Positions 10,907 through 24,779 are shown, counted from the stretch's first letter. The stretch: DNA of 64,000 bases from Ptychomitrium polyphyllum (GCA_973851085.1 OZ316775.1:22444001-22508000), one strand, 5' to 3'. The notes: generated by a model not told the origin, from the letters alone. Program-made: numbers and translations.

Positions 10907-13900
10907 ATGTTTTGGTGGAATTTGACCAAAATTAGAGTTTCCCTGCTTGTCGTCGTCGTTGTTGTGAGCTATGTTTTCTACAGAATTGGGGTTTCAATGA
11001 TGACGGGGTCGTTTGTTAGCGAAGCCTTGTCACGGAGCTTCGGTCGCCGCGGGAGTAAATTCGATGCTCTGCTTCGTAATGCGGGCCTGGGTTAAACGTC
11101 TTGCAGATTTTTTGAGCATCGATTGTGGCGCGGCGGATCAATACACCGACGAGGCGACCGGGATCCTGTGGGTTCCGGACAGTCATTACATCAAATACGG
11201 AATCTCCTCGAGCAATACTACAGCGAACTATCCTCTCGACAATCGCTACCGAAGCTTGCGATACTTTCCTGGCAACCAGATTAAATCTTGCTATGACTTC
11301 CCTGCCACCAACGGTTCAGTCTATTTAGTGCGCGTGACTTTCCTGTATGGCAACTACGACGGTGGGATCCGGAAGCCTGCGTTCCACGTCCATATCGATA
11401 CTGTCAATGTTGGCCTCGTCCGGCCAACCTCGCCGGACTCCACCGAGGTTATTGAGGTCACCATGGTCGCTGTGGCGGACAGCATTTTTCTCTGTCTGGC
11501 GCCCAACATTCCGGGCGCTGATGTCCCGTTCGTCAATTTTATTGAGCTGCGTAGGCTTGCTGCGCAGATGTACCCCAAGGCGCAGCAAGGGTACATGATT
11601 ATCAACGAGTATAGATATAACTTCGGGGGCGGGAATGTCAGGTTAGTTACAAACCCTATCATTTTCGAATCCTAGCCCTAAGGTGAGCTCAATTCTTGTA
11701 AGATTGACACTCGTTTATCGTATTTGTGCAGCTTTCCGAGTGATGCTTATGATCGCCACTGGTGGGGTTCCCCTCTTTTGAATGTTCCGAGTGATACCCT
11801 CACGGCATTTCAGAATGTGTCCGTGACGCAACCGTTGTCTCGAGATGAGGCTCCTGTGAAAGTGATGAACACAGCGGTGGGGTTGCATAAGGACTCTCCC
11901 TTGACTCTTCCCTTGAGCGTCATCGGAGGCAGGAATTACGTGGTCCTTCTCTGGTTTGCCGAAATCAATCCCCTGGCGCTAACCCAAATTCGGGAATTTG
12001 AGGTTGGGATTGATGGGAAGTGGCAGGAACCAATTGATATTCTCGCGAAAACTGGAGGGATGTTGTATCAAGCGTATGAATGGGGTTACCCGAGTGTAAA
12101 CCTGGCTGACACTTCGAGCATTGCGTTCCGTGCCACCAGTCGGTCGTTGCTCGGGCCCTTGCTCAATGGATTGGAGGTTTACGCCGTGTCGGATCCTGTT
12201 CAACCTAGAACTGATGAGGGTGACGGTAACTTGTTTGATTCCACTGTTGTCGTAGTTTTAGAAAATCTGTATGTGACCTTATTGATTCGATCAATCAATC
12301 TAAGTTGAGATGCTCTGTTTTTTGGTTTTCTGGATGCAGTTCTTGTCATTGAAACTATCAAGTCGCACTGGAACTTGAGTTCTTGGACTGGGGATCCGTG
12401 CTTGTATCTCTCATACGACTGGACTTCGTGTTTAGTGGACGGCACTCCTCGAGTTACAAAACTGTGAGGTTCAACTTACTTTACTTGGAATGAATGATGG
12501 TTACCAGATTTTGTTGCACAGTTCTGAGGGGTTCTTGGGTATTTGTAGTTACAGCTTGTAACCAGAATTTTTTGGTGAACAGGAACCTTGCGGGATATAA
12601 CTTGACTGGATCAATACCTGACTCTGGGATACAAAATCTTACTGAGTTGACAGTTCTGTGGTTAGAGAATAATGCTCTGACGGGGTCTGTACCAAATTTA
12701 AGTACCCTGACAAAACTCCAGCAATTGTAAGCAACTCCTCATCTCTCGGCCTTTTACAGAATTGGGTTCTAAGCTCGAGGAAAAGAATGTTTCATTCTCA
12801 CCGTGCTCATTCTCGCTGTATGCATGGCAGGCATCTGCAGAACAACAATCTTGCAGGCGAATTCCCCACTTGGGTGGCGGACCTGCCTGCCCTCACAGAG
12901 CTGTAAGTAATTGCACAAACAAACCTTAAATAAACCCTAACTTCTTCGATTCTCTTAGTATAATATCGGATCTCGTTCCTACCTAATCATCGTTGTAATA
13001 ACAGGTTCCTGGAAGGTAATCACTTCACTGGCTCTGTACCGTCAAGCTTGTACAGACCAGGCTTGACGTTCACGTACACTGCCAATTCTGCAAGTTCAAC
13101 GACGGCAGCTTCTGCAACAAGCCCTTCGGAGTCCACCAAAAGTATTGGCATCATTATTGGTTGCGTGGTGGCGGGACTCACGCTGGTCGCCTTTGTTATC
13201 CTCATAGCTTTGTTTCTGCTCTGGCGCAAGCGGAAGCAAGAGACAGATTATTGGAGAAATGGCTGTGACCCGGCTATGGATTCAAAACCACATACAATGG
13301 CTTATTCGTTTAACGAGATCAAAGAAGCCACCAACAATTTCAAAGACTTACTTGGGGAAGGAAGCTTTGGGCCTGTGTACAAGGGTAGGCTGTCCGATAG
13401 AAGAGAAGTTGCGGTGAAACGGTGTCGGCCTTGCAACAAACAGGGAGCTACAGAGTTTTTCGACGAGGTATCTATGCATATCTTGCTATAACCTGAATTG
13501 ATGCGTATTGCTATTCTTTGCTCAATTCCAAAATGTCAAATTCAAAGTGGAGGAACTGGCCATTGAAGAGCTTGGTTTAAGTTGAAAATGGAAGCTTGGT
13601 ACGATATTACATTTGCACTTGTTATCTTTCCCTTTTGGTGATTGTTTAGGTGGAGTTTCTCTCTCGTGTTCACCACAGAAATCTGGCTGCTTTGGTTGGT
13701 TACTGTCAAGATGGGCAAGAGCAAATCCTGCTGTATGAATACATGTCAAATAGCGATCTCCAGACACATCTTCATGGTGAGTGAATTATTTACCAAGTGT
13801 CGACGACTTACTCCAGATCTGCATATTTGAAGTCATGTTTTACTCTTATTGCGATGGATTGAACTCAATCTTATGTTTCGGGGTTTATTGATGAATTACG

Positions 13901-14894
13901 AACGTGTCTTTGAGTTACAGGAAATGGAAAGCACTTACCGTGGAAAACACGTTTAAATATAGCTTTAGATGCTGCTCAAGGTATTTGCCACTTCTGCGAG
14001 CTGCCTCTTGTTTCGTATTTGAGCTGCAACAAACTTCAACACTATCCGTGCTCATTTGTTGTTTGTGGTGGTTGTTCATCAGGACTTGAATACCTGCACA
14101 CAGGTTGCACTCCGCGTATCGTTCACCGAGATATGAGGCCGGCCAACATCCTCATGACATGTAGAATGGCTGCAAAAGTAGCAAACTTCGGTTTTGCAAA
14201 GTTCACTAGTGAACAAGATCCAAACCTCCTAGTGTACAGTTTTGACGTGAAGGGCACTGCCGGATATCTCGATCCTGAGTAAGTGTCTACATTTGTTTAG
14301 ACGATATAGGGCCCTGCAGATCTGGGATGCCTGTGTACAAACTATAAGCTAAATTAATATCTTTTACTATTTCATACTTGGCAGGTATATGTTGACCCGG
14401 CATTTGACAGATAAGAGCGATGTTTACGGCTTTGGTGTGGTCTTGTTGGAGCTCATATCAGGGCAGGAAGCAATCAACAAGGCAGAGTCTGATAGAGATC
14501 CTCTCTTGATTAATTGGGTATGTCCTCGTCACTTTTGGTTCTTATGTGTCCATATAGCAATATTGCCAGGAAACGATCAAGGCTGAATAGATTTTCCTAG
14601 TGCTAGTCTTGTTCATCCTTATTAATTCGTCATTTTCCTGCGCAGATGAGACCTCAACTGTCAGCAGGCGACCTGAAAGCGGTGGTGGATACATCTTTCG
14701 GTGATAATTACAACGTAGAATGCATGTGGAAAGTGGCGGAGCTTGGAATGATGTGTGTGGAGCCCAAAGCTACTAACAGACCCACTATGACAGACGTGGT
14801 TCGCCAAATCCAAGCCGCAATCGCCACTGAAGAAACTGCCCAAGCTCCGATGTCACCGTTCTCGCTGCAATCTGTCGCCGCCCGTGGACTCTGA
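10907..14894 (+). CDS. Malectin-like/LRR receptor-like kinase (LRR-I type), about 12 exons, atypical kinase domain
   Basis: Hydrophobic signal-like first exon (donor uncertain); DFLSIDCG, YLVRVTFLYGNYD, FPSDAYDRHW, WTGDPC, LRR exons, TM segment IGIIIGCVVAGLTLVAFVILIALFLLW, GEGSFGPVYKG, VAVK, HRDMRPAN, NFG, GTAGYLDPEY, KSDVYGFGVVLLELISG. Internal exons join in frame via GT-AG. Confidence 0.93.
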
Positions 14895-15547
14895 TAGAAG
14901 CCGCAGTCCAAAATTAAATCCTTCACCACATGGTCTATTTCAATCAAGTCACACTAAGTGCACCTTGAACGATTAGCCGAAGTCCCATTTACTTGTACAC
15001 AAAGAGGAAGAAATTTATGTTCTACCAGGAAGTAGTTCCTGCAAAACATCGCTGTTCTTTCCATTGATTTTTTTTGTGAAATCTTCGCAAGGGAAGTTGC
15101 AGCAGCTAGGTGATATCGAGCACAATACTAATACTCAAGAGGCAATTCTTCCTTATATAATACACAAAATGAGTTCCGAATTTTGAAACAGTGGTTTCTC
15201 AAGATGGTCTTCTTTGCTATTGGTTCTTATTTACATGAGTGCAGAGGAATGCACAATATGCTGTACACTCCCAACTTATCATATGCTTTTCTCATGAGTT
15301 TGGAGTAACTTTTTACTCCTCCGCTGTCTTCCGACTCTCTCCATCGTCGTTGGTGAACTTCATCTTCATTTCAAACCAGGCTCCCCTTCTCGCCCTCTCT
15401 CCTAGCTCACGTCGTCTCTTCTGGCACCTTCATTTTCTGCATCGCTTCTTGCAGTTCAGAATCTCTTCGTGTCCGATTTACATTAAAAAACCCAAACTCT
15501 CAAAATATGAAACAGAGACATGAATCTCTATTAGCCATTCGCCAGCA

Positions 15548-17033
15548 TCATCTATTGTGACATAGTTTCGTGCACTCCCAACACATTCCCATTGGTTTTC
15601 CTGCAGCAATCTTTGCATACTCCGGTGCATCAGCAGGAATGCCCTGAAGGTCCACACAAGGTTCCATAAACTCAGTGATTTGAAAATCTGCTTCCAGTAT
15701 CCAACATACCCATGATGATGAGGTGTAAACCAGTTGGTGATCTTGACCTCTAGTTCATGGTTCATTCTCAAAGTAACCTGGTAAAACAAATCAAGGAAAC
15801 ACCACAGCCACCTGTTCATCTCCGTTGTCCAGATCAGTGCTAATTCGAACAGGTCACAGGCTTAGGAGAGCTAACGTGTACAGAAGATTACCTCTCGACG
15901 CTTGCCTTCATCTTCGAAATAGTCCCACTTGGTGCCATCCTCTTTGGGCGTCCCCAATCCGAGTCTGTACAAAAGTGGAATTTTGGGTGCATCATTCCAC
16001 TGCATGTACTTGAGTATATGTGATTCGTAGAGAATCAGCTTACCACCAGGCTCAACATCTTGTCAATCTCTGCTAGCGCCTACTTTGCCTGCAATATGAC
16101 AGCTCACCGCATCAGAAGAGCACTCGTCCAGATAGAAATGGAAGTAGTCCTTGGTTAACAAATCAAGTGGCTCCAAAGAGAGTCTTGGCGACAAGTTTGG
16201 ATTTTGATACAAGTGTCACAGAGCTGTTAGTAACCTCTTCTTTAGAGAGCAAGTTGCACATCACAAAGACGCAGATGGCTAGGTCAAAAGTTCCTTCGTG
16301 CGCTCCAGGAATGGAGCTGCAATTCTTAGCAGAGACTACTACAGAATCAGCTTTTACTGATCGAGGTAGTGATCTGAAGGAAACTGGAAATTAAGGAAAT
16401 CTAGAAAATCTAGAAAAAAATCTTGGAAAGGGTAGTATGATTGTAGTTTTCAGAACAGAGGCCCTTGATCAATTGCCTTTTCCTTAGCAGCTAGAAAAGG
16501 ACGAAATATTGGAACTTGAAACGATTCCTACATGAGCTCATCTCCCCCTCCATTAAATTGAAGGAATTAGATACTGGGAGTGAAAGTACTTGTCCGTTGC
16601 CATCTTCGCGCTTCCACCATGTTCTTGGATACATAAAAGCAAGCACATAACTTGCACCTGAGTGCAAAGAATTATTCTTACAATCTGTGGTTGAGCCAAA
16701 GAATTGGTTAATCTACCTCGTTAGTGATCACTACTAGGCCGGTTTTGGGTGTCCTCAGAAGATTAGCATAACAGTCTAAGATAAAGAGTACAGAAATTGA
16801 GCTTAAAATGATGTAGTTTTAAGCTACAAGACTACAAACCCACCCGCTCTCAAAATCCTGAAGGTGTGCTTGTCCATTCCACAACCCACATCCAACACCT
16901 TCCACGGTGCACCGCCTCGCGCCTCCACGAACCTCTTGGTCGTTGCTTCCAAGAAGGGAACGTGGCAGAAGTCGTGGATCCACACGCCATAACCGAAGTC
17001 CATTGCGAACCCGTCTCATTGAGAATCCGCCAT
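15548..17033 (-). pseudogene. Spliced class I SAM-dependent methyltransferase pseudogene
   Basis: Assembled by eye: MADSQ*DGFAMDF..WKVLDVGCGMDKHTFRILRAG (motif I, 16878-16898) / GASYVLAF-VSKNMVEA / EGTFDLAICVFVMCNL / AK*ALAEIDKML-PGGKLILYESH..WDYFEDEGKRRE / VTLRM..TNWFTPH-SSWVCWILEADFQITEFMEP. Stops at 17016-17018 and 16080-16082 plus several 1-nt frameshifts. Confidence 0.85.
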
Positions 17034-18874
17034 GGCTCAGCTGTTCAATTGATCCTCCAAGTGCAGCTCACTGGAGTGTTTTCTAAACGAGTCTGTGGAT
17101 CCCAGTTTCAGTCAATATTACAACATGATTGAGGAAGTCACGGAATGAAGCACTTGCAGTGGGTCCAAAGAGAATCAGAACCTTAGCAATGTAATACTTG
17201 TGAGGAAGGTAAAGACCCATATATGTACCTACCAGCTACCCGTTTCATACTGGCCTGTTCGTTTTCTTACAGCTCTACGTCTGCGTTTTCTAGGAGCACG
17301 GTTCTGCACTGTCCCATTGAGCAAGATACGGTTTTGAAAACGGGAGGTCGTGGCTGCAACACCCCTTGCAGCTTTTGTCAGGTTGAAGTCCCAGCAACAC
17401 GAAGTTAACATGTCCTCTGCCGTAAATATGGGGCATGGAAGGATTGGTTTAAGTAATACCATGAGATGCAACTGCGGCTACTACAAATGTAAAGTTATCA
17501 ACTTTCAGATTCCAGGATGTAAGCGATGAACCTGCACAACAATATTTGTCGATTTAGAGTACTTTAAATGCAAAAAACCCAGAATTGAGCAGCTGTAGGG
17601 GACAACTCTAATTGGATACTGGTACTGGGCGATGCAATCAAAGCACTTCAAGCTTGATCATCATGAATGAAGCACCATCTCCCAGAAAAGAATTCTCATT
17701 CAGCGAGCACTAAACAGAAACATAATATGAATCTACAGAAAAATACTGTAGTTCCACTAGGTCGTAAATCAGAGGCTTTGCTCTACCAAGCATGGAATCT
17801 TCAAAAAGAGAAGGCCACAGATTCTTCCCTGTAGCACGCTGCCCCATTTGCTACCAAAGCTCCAAGCTTTGTGGTGGGCACGCATGCCTGTAAAAGGCTC
17901 TACTTCGCTCATCACCGTTCCTTTTTCCTCTTGCCAATGCAGTTCTTGTGACGCCGCCCTTGTCCGCCCACCTTTTCACCAAAGAGAACGCCTTGTCAGT
18001 GAAGCTATAAAATGAATCTGCACTTGACTCTGGAATCTGGAGGCCATTTTCCTGCGTAAGATCGTTGATTCGACAGCACAGGCCTCATACGTAGAGCTTG
18101 AAGAACAAATTCCCCTTTTTCTGCTGTTCTGGTGCTTTCATTTTCTTAGTTTTTGCTGTTGGTTATGCGAATGTTCAAGTGAAGTCGGAGGACGATCTCG
18201 CTAGAAGCTGCAGCTGAAGATTACTTGGGAGTATACTAATTCTGTGGTGGAGTGACGTTAATATTTTTTTCCCATCGAAAGAATGCCATTATGTTTCGGC
18301 AAAGGTATGACGATTTGTGGAGGGAGCTTGCTTTCGAGGTCGATGTTTTCCTCGCTCGGCGCAAATAGCTACCAATTGCGATTGAAAAGGAGAAAAAATG
18401 CCCTTTCGTTAGGTTTGCAGCATCTTGGAGTTCAGTCTATTCAGGTAGCACCTGTTGCTTCTACACCCATATCTTCCTAGTCGTGGCAGTTGGGTAATGG
18501 TTGCCCTGTCCTGCGTTTCGAAGTTTCTCTTGCCTTGGATCTATTTTGAAACCTAGGGAAGAGTTTGTCCCAAATTGTGGGCATCGGGTGCAGTGGTTTC
18601 AATTTCATGTGCAACATGCGGATCGATTTCGGTGGCTTCAGTTTGTTCTATCGTTGCTGTGCTTTTCCTCTGAACGTTGATTTTCTTCTTGCTTAATGCA
18701 TTGATGATGAGCGATGTGCTTGTTGCTGTAGTTGTGTGCATTACTTTGTCATATCGGTCATGTTTTTGCACGATTCATATTTTTTATGACATGCTGAAGG
18801 ATTATCTGTTTCATGTGCATTGTCAAACACTCGCAAACAGACATGGGGTATAGCGCCGACATTCCACTTTGCAG

Positions 18875-21800
18875 TTAACAGATTGTCACAGCAGTTACAT
18901 TGTAGGGCTAAGGCCGAGCAGCAAGAGCACTTTGATGCAGAGCCCCTAGGCTCAAATCTTTTGGAAGGCCTTGACGTTCTTGATAGCAACGATCTTAGCG
19001 AAATCCGATCCAATGCCAACACAGAGTTCGTGGAAGCCGATGCTGATCCTTCTGTGTCGACAGGATCTGTATTTGGGGCGGTGGCTTTGATCACAGGCTC
19101 CAGTGTGGGTGCAGGAATCTTGGCGCTTCCGGCAATCACAGCTCCCACCGTAAGGCTCCCCGCACTTGCCACAGGCTTTAATTCTTGAACGTGAAACCCA
19201 AACCCTAGAAGCTCACTTGGTTTTGCACTGCGTGTGATTCTCAGGGGTTCATTCCTTCAGCCACAATAATGGGAATATCGTGGGCGTTTTTGGTGTTGGA
19301 AGCTTTGTTGCTGGCAGAAGTGAACGTGGAGCTGATGCGGAGGCGTGAACCGGAGGAGGAGCTCCACTCGCAGGTGCTGTCGCTCAGAACCATGGCAGAC
19401 GAGACCATGGGTTCACTTGGGGGATTGTATAGGACTGTGATCTATCTAATGCTGTCCTACACGTTGCTCGTGGCGTATATTTCAAAATCAGGGGAGGTTC
19501 TGTCGTTGCTTCTGGATGTTCCAAATCGAGATGCAGATTTTATCTTTACTTTTGGGTTGGGTGGTCTGATGAGTGTTGGAGGAGCGAAGATGACAGACTC
19601 TGTGAACCAAGTGCTCACCATAATTCTTCTTGGTGAGTATGTACATTAATGTAGTAGCCACTAGAAATGGCCATTTGTGTTGACTTCTGAATGTGAACCT
19701 TCCTGAACATCCTGCCAATTATTTAATGGGCTTCCATTTCAAAAGTTGTAAACTTTACTCGGTGGTTCTGGAGGTGGCCTAAAGATAACCTGGGGTGCAC
19801 TTTAGAAGTTGGAACTATGGATCGTCTGAAATACAATTGTTGTCTTTCGATCTGTTTGTTAGGGCGATCATCCAGTTTAAAAGAATTTGATGGGTTCTCT
19901 GTGGTGCGTTCTGAAGAAAGGAACTCACATACCGGTACACTATGTGTATCCAGCATACGGTATTCTTTAGTAAGTGGCGAAAGAACAGTTCGCACTGTGT
20001 TGAGCACCCGGTTGTCAGTATATAAGAGGGACTCTGTAAGTGTTTAGACACTTCAAGTGGGTAGTTTCAAACAACACATAAGGTTTAAAGATATGTAGTC
20101 ACCAGTTTGTGTGGTCCAGGGCTTTCTATTTTTGAAGCCAACAGCAATTTCACTTCCTTGATAACTGCACAAAACGAATACAAGTAAGAATCTTTTCGTG
20201 TTTTTAAAGATAAAAAATGCTTGTAGCACTGTATGTTACTAAGAAATATGTCTATTTTGTGTCCTGCAGGATTGTTTCTGGTAATCGTCTTTGGGGGTGC
20301 ATCAATAGCAGACTGGACAGGTCTTGAGCATGTGGACTGGACTGTGGCTCCTCAAACATTACCCATTATTCTCCTAGCGCTTGTTTACCATGATCTTATT
20401 CCAGGTACTCTTTCCATCCATGGTTTTAAGCTTTTATGGTAATTTAAATCTTGCGTGTACAAGATCTTCTCGCAAAGTTTTGCTCATGTCGTAGATGAGT
20501 TTCCTGTCAATATTGTCCTGAGTATGTAACTTTAGAGAATATATTGACTGTTAAGAAGATACGCTCTTCTCAATAGTGAATATACTCTATGCATCTATAT
20601 GTTTGTTGGATCTGTCAATCTTCAGAAATATGAGGTTGCACATAGAACCGTCCCAGACTGTGATTGAATCACTTAGTGTTTAGTTTGATGACGGTTTCAG
20701 TTTTCTTTCTCATGTCTGTCCATCTCTAGATACAGATGTCCATGCCACTGGACGTTTCATTCTGATAAATTCACATGCTATGACAGTGGTCTGTGCGCGG
20801 TTGGGGGGTGACATTGGGCGAATCCGGATGAGCATACTCTTGGGTAGCTTTGTTCCTCTTGCAATGTTTTTAAGCTGGGATGCTGTAGCCCTATGCTTGA
20901 ATCCATTTTCTGGAGCAAAAGATCCCATCGATGTGTTCATGAGGTTCGTTACTTGCTTCAGTTTCTTGATTTGCAGCTTCTGATGTTTTCCCTAGTGTTC
21001 TCGTCATTTACTCGTTGATTTCAAATATTCTCATGTTTCATGAATGTGGACTCGTTACCAAAACTGGTTCCTCTCATGTATATCTAGAGCAACATTCTTC
21101 ATGGTGGTATAATTATTGTTTCTTCGTACAATCCCCACCCAGGACATCTTGAGTTTTGGCATACTGATCGTTTCTTGGTGATACTATCCAGAGTAGGCGG
21201 TCCAGGGCCTGCATTTATTGTTGAATCATTTGCGCTCCTAGCAGTGGCAACCTCCTTCATTGGAACAGTGCTGGGATTGTCAGAGTTTCTCCTGGAGCAA
21301 TTGGGCAAAGCACAAGGTTCTGATTCCCGAAGACTTTTACTTCATCACCTGTTCATCAATTCATCATAGAGCGTTTTGTAGAACGTGTCATGAAGCTGTA
21401 TTTCTCCACATTCATGACGTCAATTTCATGATAGGTTCGATGGCAACGCTCTTGTTCAGGTATGATGTTGAAGAGGCTATCGAGTCACAGCCGAGCACCG
21501 CAGCCACTCTTCGAATGGTTGAACAGTAACGGCCCTCATGCACTTTCGTACCTACTTGTGCTTGTACCTCCTCTCGTGGCTTCATCACTTGTCTCAGATG
21601 CTTTCTTTTCAGCATCGGACTTTGCGGTAATTTCAAACCATCTCTAAGAAGTCCTAATTAGACATTGAAGCCTGCCTCTTTCATCTGTTCTCTTCTCTGG
21701 ACATTCATTACCTTAGTGCCAAATCCAACTTCAATCAGTTGCTTCTCTGTTGGGATGACGTCCATTGAATCTCACTCTTTGTGAACTTGTACACTGAGAA

Positions 21801-22138
21801 ATCAGGGTGCTTACGGAATGACAAGTTTGTACGGTATCATCCCACCAATCATGGCTTGGAGCTTACATGGTTCCAGCCTTAGCAATTCTGAAGCCAAAAC
21901 GACAGTGAAGATGCAAAATAGCTGTCAAATAATTTCTCTACCTGGTGGTAAGATCGCTCTAGGAACAGTTGGAGCATGCGCAGTTGCTGTGATCGCGGTC
22001 CAAGTGATTGATGATTTGCCTCGATTCTTTCCATCATTGAGCACATCAACACCTGTTGTGGCTACTGTCGAGAAGGAAAACCTAACCCCAAAAAGCATTG
22101 TTGTTAATCAACAGTTCACTACTCTTCCTGCGCCTTGA
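18875..22138 (+). CDS. Tryptophan/tyrosine permease family (TyrP/Mtr-like) amino acid transporter, probably plastid-targeted; first exon unresolved (about 18300-18620)
   Basis: GSVFGAVALITGSSVGAGILALP, EALLLAEVNV..SLRTMADETMG, YTLLVAYISKSG, LALVYHDLIP, ILLGSFVPL, FALLAVATSFIGTVLGL, GAYGMTSLYGIIPPIMAW across at least 7 GT-AG exons. Confidence 0.92.
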
Positions 22139-23293
22139 GTTCACAAACTTTCAAACGAGCTAGAACTTGTACTAAAATTGAACACGTATTCTGCGAAGGG
22201 TGAACCTCTTGCGTCTACAAAGGCATTTACTGTTGTTAACTTGTAAATCAATTTGGTGGTGTTCTTGTAGGCTGTTTTATAGATGCCGAGTAGTGAATAT
22301 ACTGACAGATCTTTAGATTCGATGTACATATGTCATCGTAGACTATGTTGATTTGTTCATGAGTATTCAAATAGACAGAACTGTTGCCTTCTAATTTAAG
22401 GGCTCCAGGCTTCTGTACACTCTAGATTCACTGGAATATAATCAACATATACCGTTTCCGAAGTCCTCTGTATAGTTGTGGTAACTTGCAACATTTTTAT
22501 TGTAGTCGTTTAGTGATCATCCTGCTGTAGGTTGTGTTCTTGTCACCCTGCCTTGCCCAACTATCACTACAGGATTATATCAAGATGAGCGCCCAGAAAT
22601 ACAACTTACTAGATATGAAACGCCGAATAACAAGAGCCTGCCAATAAGCTTGTGACCACTAACAAGTTTGCAAAAGACTGAACAGTTGCGACTAGAGGGA
22701 AAGCTAGTGAAGAATCAAGATGAAGAGAAAACAATGAGGCAAGACGACCTCGTATATTACCAAAATCCCAAATTAGAAGCTATTAACAACCTGCATCCGA
22801 TCTGGTCTTTTCAACTACAGCTTTAAGCTCAGGAATGTTTGACTAGCTATCAACAGCAATGTTTGTACAAATATGTTTCCAGCATAAGCTAGACGTCTTA
22901 ACAAGTCGAATTCTTCATCTACCGCGGGAATTGGTGAAGTAGGCAAGGCTAGTGGACACTGGGTTTGATATGGACGATGCTCGGAGCTCCCCATTTCCTT
23001 GCTATGACTAAGGCATGACTTAAGCATCTGGCAGCTGCACCTACACAAGTTCAAAATGCCCCACTTTAGACATCCAACCCATGGCATGTAAATGAATGTG
23101 CTCATGTTCCACAGTAGGACACAGGAACATGGCACTGTGTTTGCAGACAATTGAAACTAGTGAGTACCTGATGAAGGTCGGACTTGGCAAGGCGAGGCAG
23201 ATAAGTTGGCACACTGAATTCTGTCAACCTTGGACTACTTATCTACCTGAATACTCTAAAACGGTCTATCACTAAGCTATGATCTGCATACCT

Positions 23294-24779
23294 CTACAGC
23301 GCTCTCAAACTTGAGTTGCCCAAAGTAAGCTCCAGATAATCTGCCGTCACTTTCCTCTTGCTCCCCACCACCTCAGGAGCTGAGTCCAACTCCCACAATG
23401 CACCAAGCCTCTGCGCAGGACCTCTATCCAAGTCCAGCTCAGAAGGGCACCTCGCAAGCCTGTCTCCCATGACGCTCCTCATCCGGGACGACACTGGTGA
23501 GACCGGCACACTAATGGACTTCTGCATTGGATTTCGCCATTGATGTGAGAAAGTCTCATCAAGTTCAGATCGTGGGACTCCAAAAGAACCCCCTCCCAAA
23601 TCCCCAAATACCCGCCCTGTGGTTTTTGAAGCATCGGAGGCTGAACCACCAACTGGACCACCCATTCGCACCCTAACCCCGTTAGTCCACTTTCCAGAAT
23701 TCGGACTACAAACATTAGCAAATTCTAGAGCTGTAACAGGTGGAACATGAGACTCAGAGTACCCCTCCACAGGGGTGCGTGCTCCATCAGGAGTGTCGCA
23801 ATATCCTGACCAGAGATGGGGCTGATTGGAGGCACCAGTAGCAGCTTGTGCAGCAACTGCTGCAGCTGCCAAGAACGAGTGCTGAGTCCACGCCAATGGA
23901 TGGTGGGGATAATCAGGAAGGCCATCTCTACCAACTGCATCCCAATCTGGTTTCACTAGGTTAGCAGCTCGAGGGGAGCTGATAGGGGGCGTGACGGGAG
24001 CACTTGCAGAGCCAGCACGCTTGACATGTAGTGGTGGAAGGCCGACAGTATTGCTTGACATATTCACTGTCCCGTTCGCACCCGAGTTTTGGTTACCTGA
24101 AGAAAATGCTTTCAACCATGGAATGAGGGATTCGCTAGCCCCCGGGTAGGAGTTCGTAGGACTGGTATCTGATGGTGGGGTACTCACATCCATTTTCTCC
24201 CCTGGTGGCTTGCATCCCTGAATGATTTTCAACTCCTGATTAGTAAAACACCATATTTTAACCGTTTCTAATGAGAAATCTTTTCCCGGCAAAGAAAAGG
24301 CTTGCACTGTGGGCATAAGAGGCAAAGAATCATCCACTGGGATTGCAAACAAAATCAACCTGCATTGCTCACTTGAAAGTTTTTCCTTCTTGTGTTGACA
24401 ATGCATGTGCACTAAGCTAAGAGAACACTTGAAAAAGCTGCATTTGAAAGTGGTTATGACAACAGTGATGAGAGTCCTGCAGAAGAGGCAATGCCCAGCT
24501 GCGATGATTTTGAGCGTGAGATCGAGAGATAAGAGCTAGTGACAGGGAGAAAGTGGAGCATACCTTGCGGTAAGTGGTGCCATCCTCTTCCACGGTCCAG
24601 CCGGCTTCAGCGCACACTGCTTTGAGAACCTCGTTGTTGTCGCAGTGCTTGGGAAGTTCATAGTTGCCATAGAGACGGAGACCGGCAAATATCTTGGCAG
24701 CTATAGCCCTGCGCCGTCTTTCTCTCCGTTTGTTGTTCTCCCTCTCTTTCCATGTGGGTAAGCGCGTCCCATTCGTCAT
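23294..24779 (-). CDS. BES1/BZR1 family transcription factor, 2 coding exons (24564-24779, 23294-24217)
   Basis: [87 protein letters not shown] and C-terminal EAR-like LELTLG. Confidence 0.96.
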
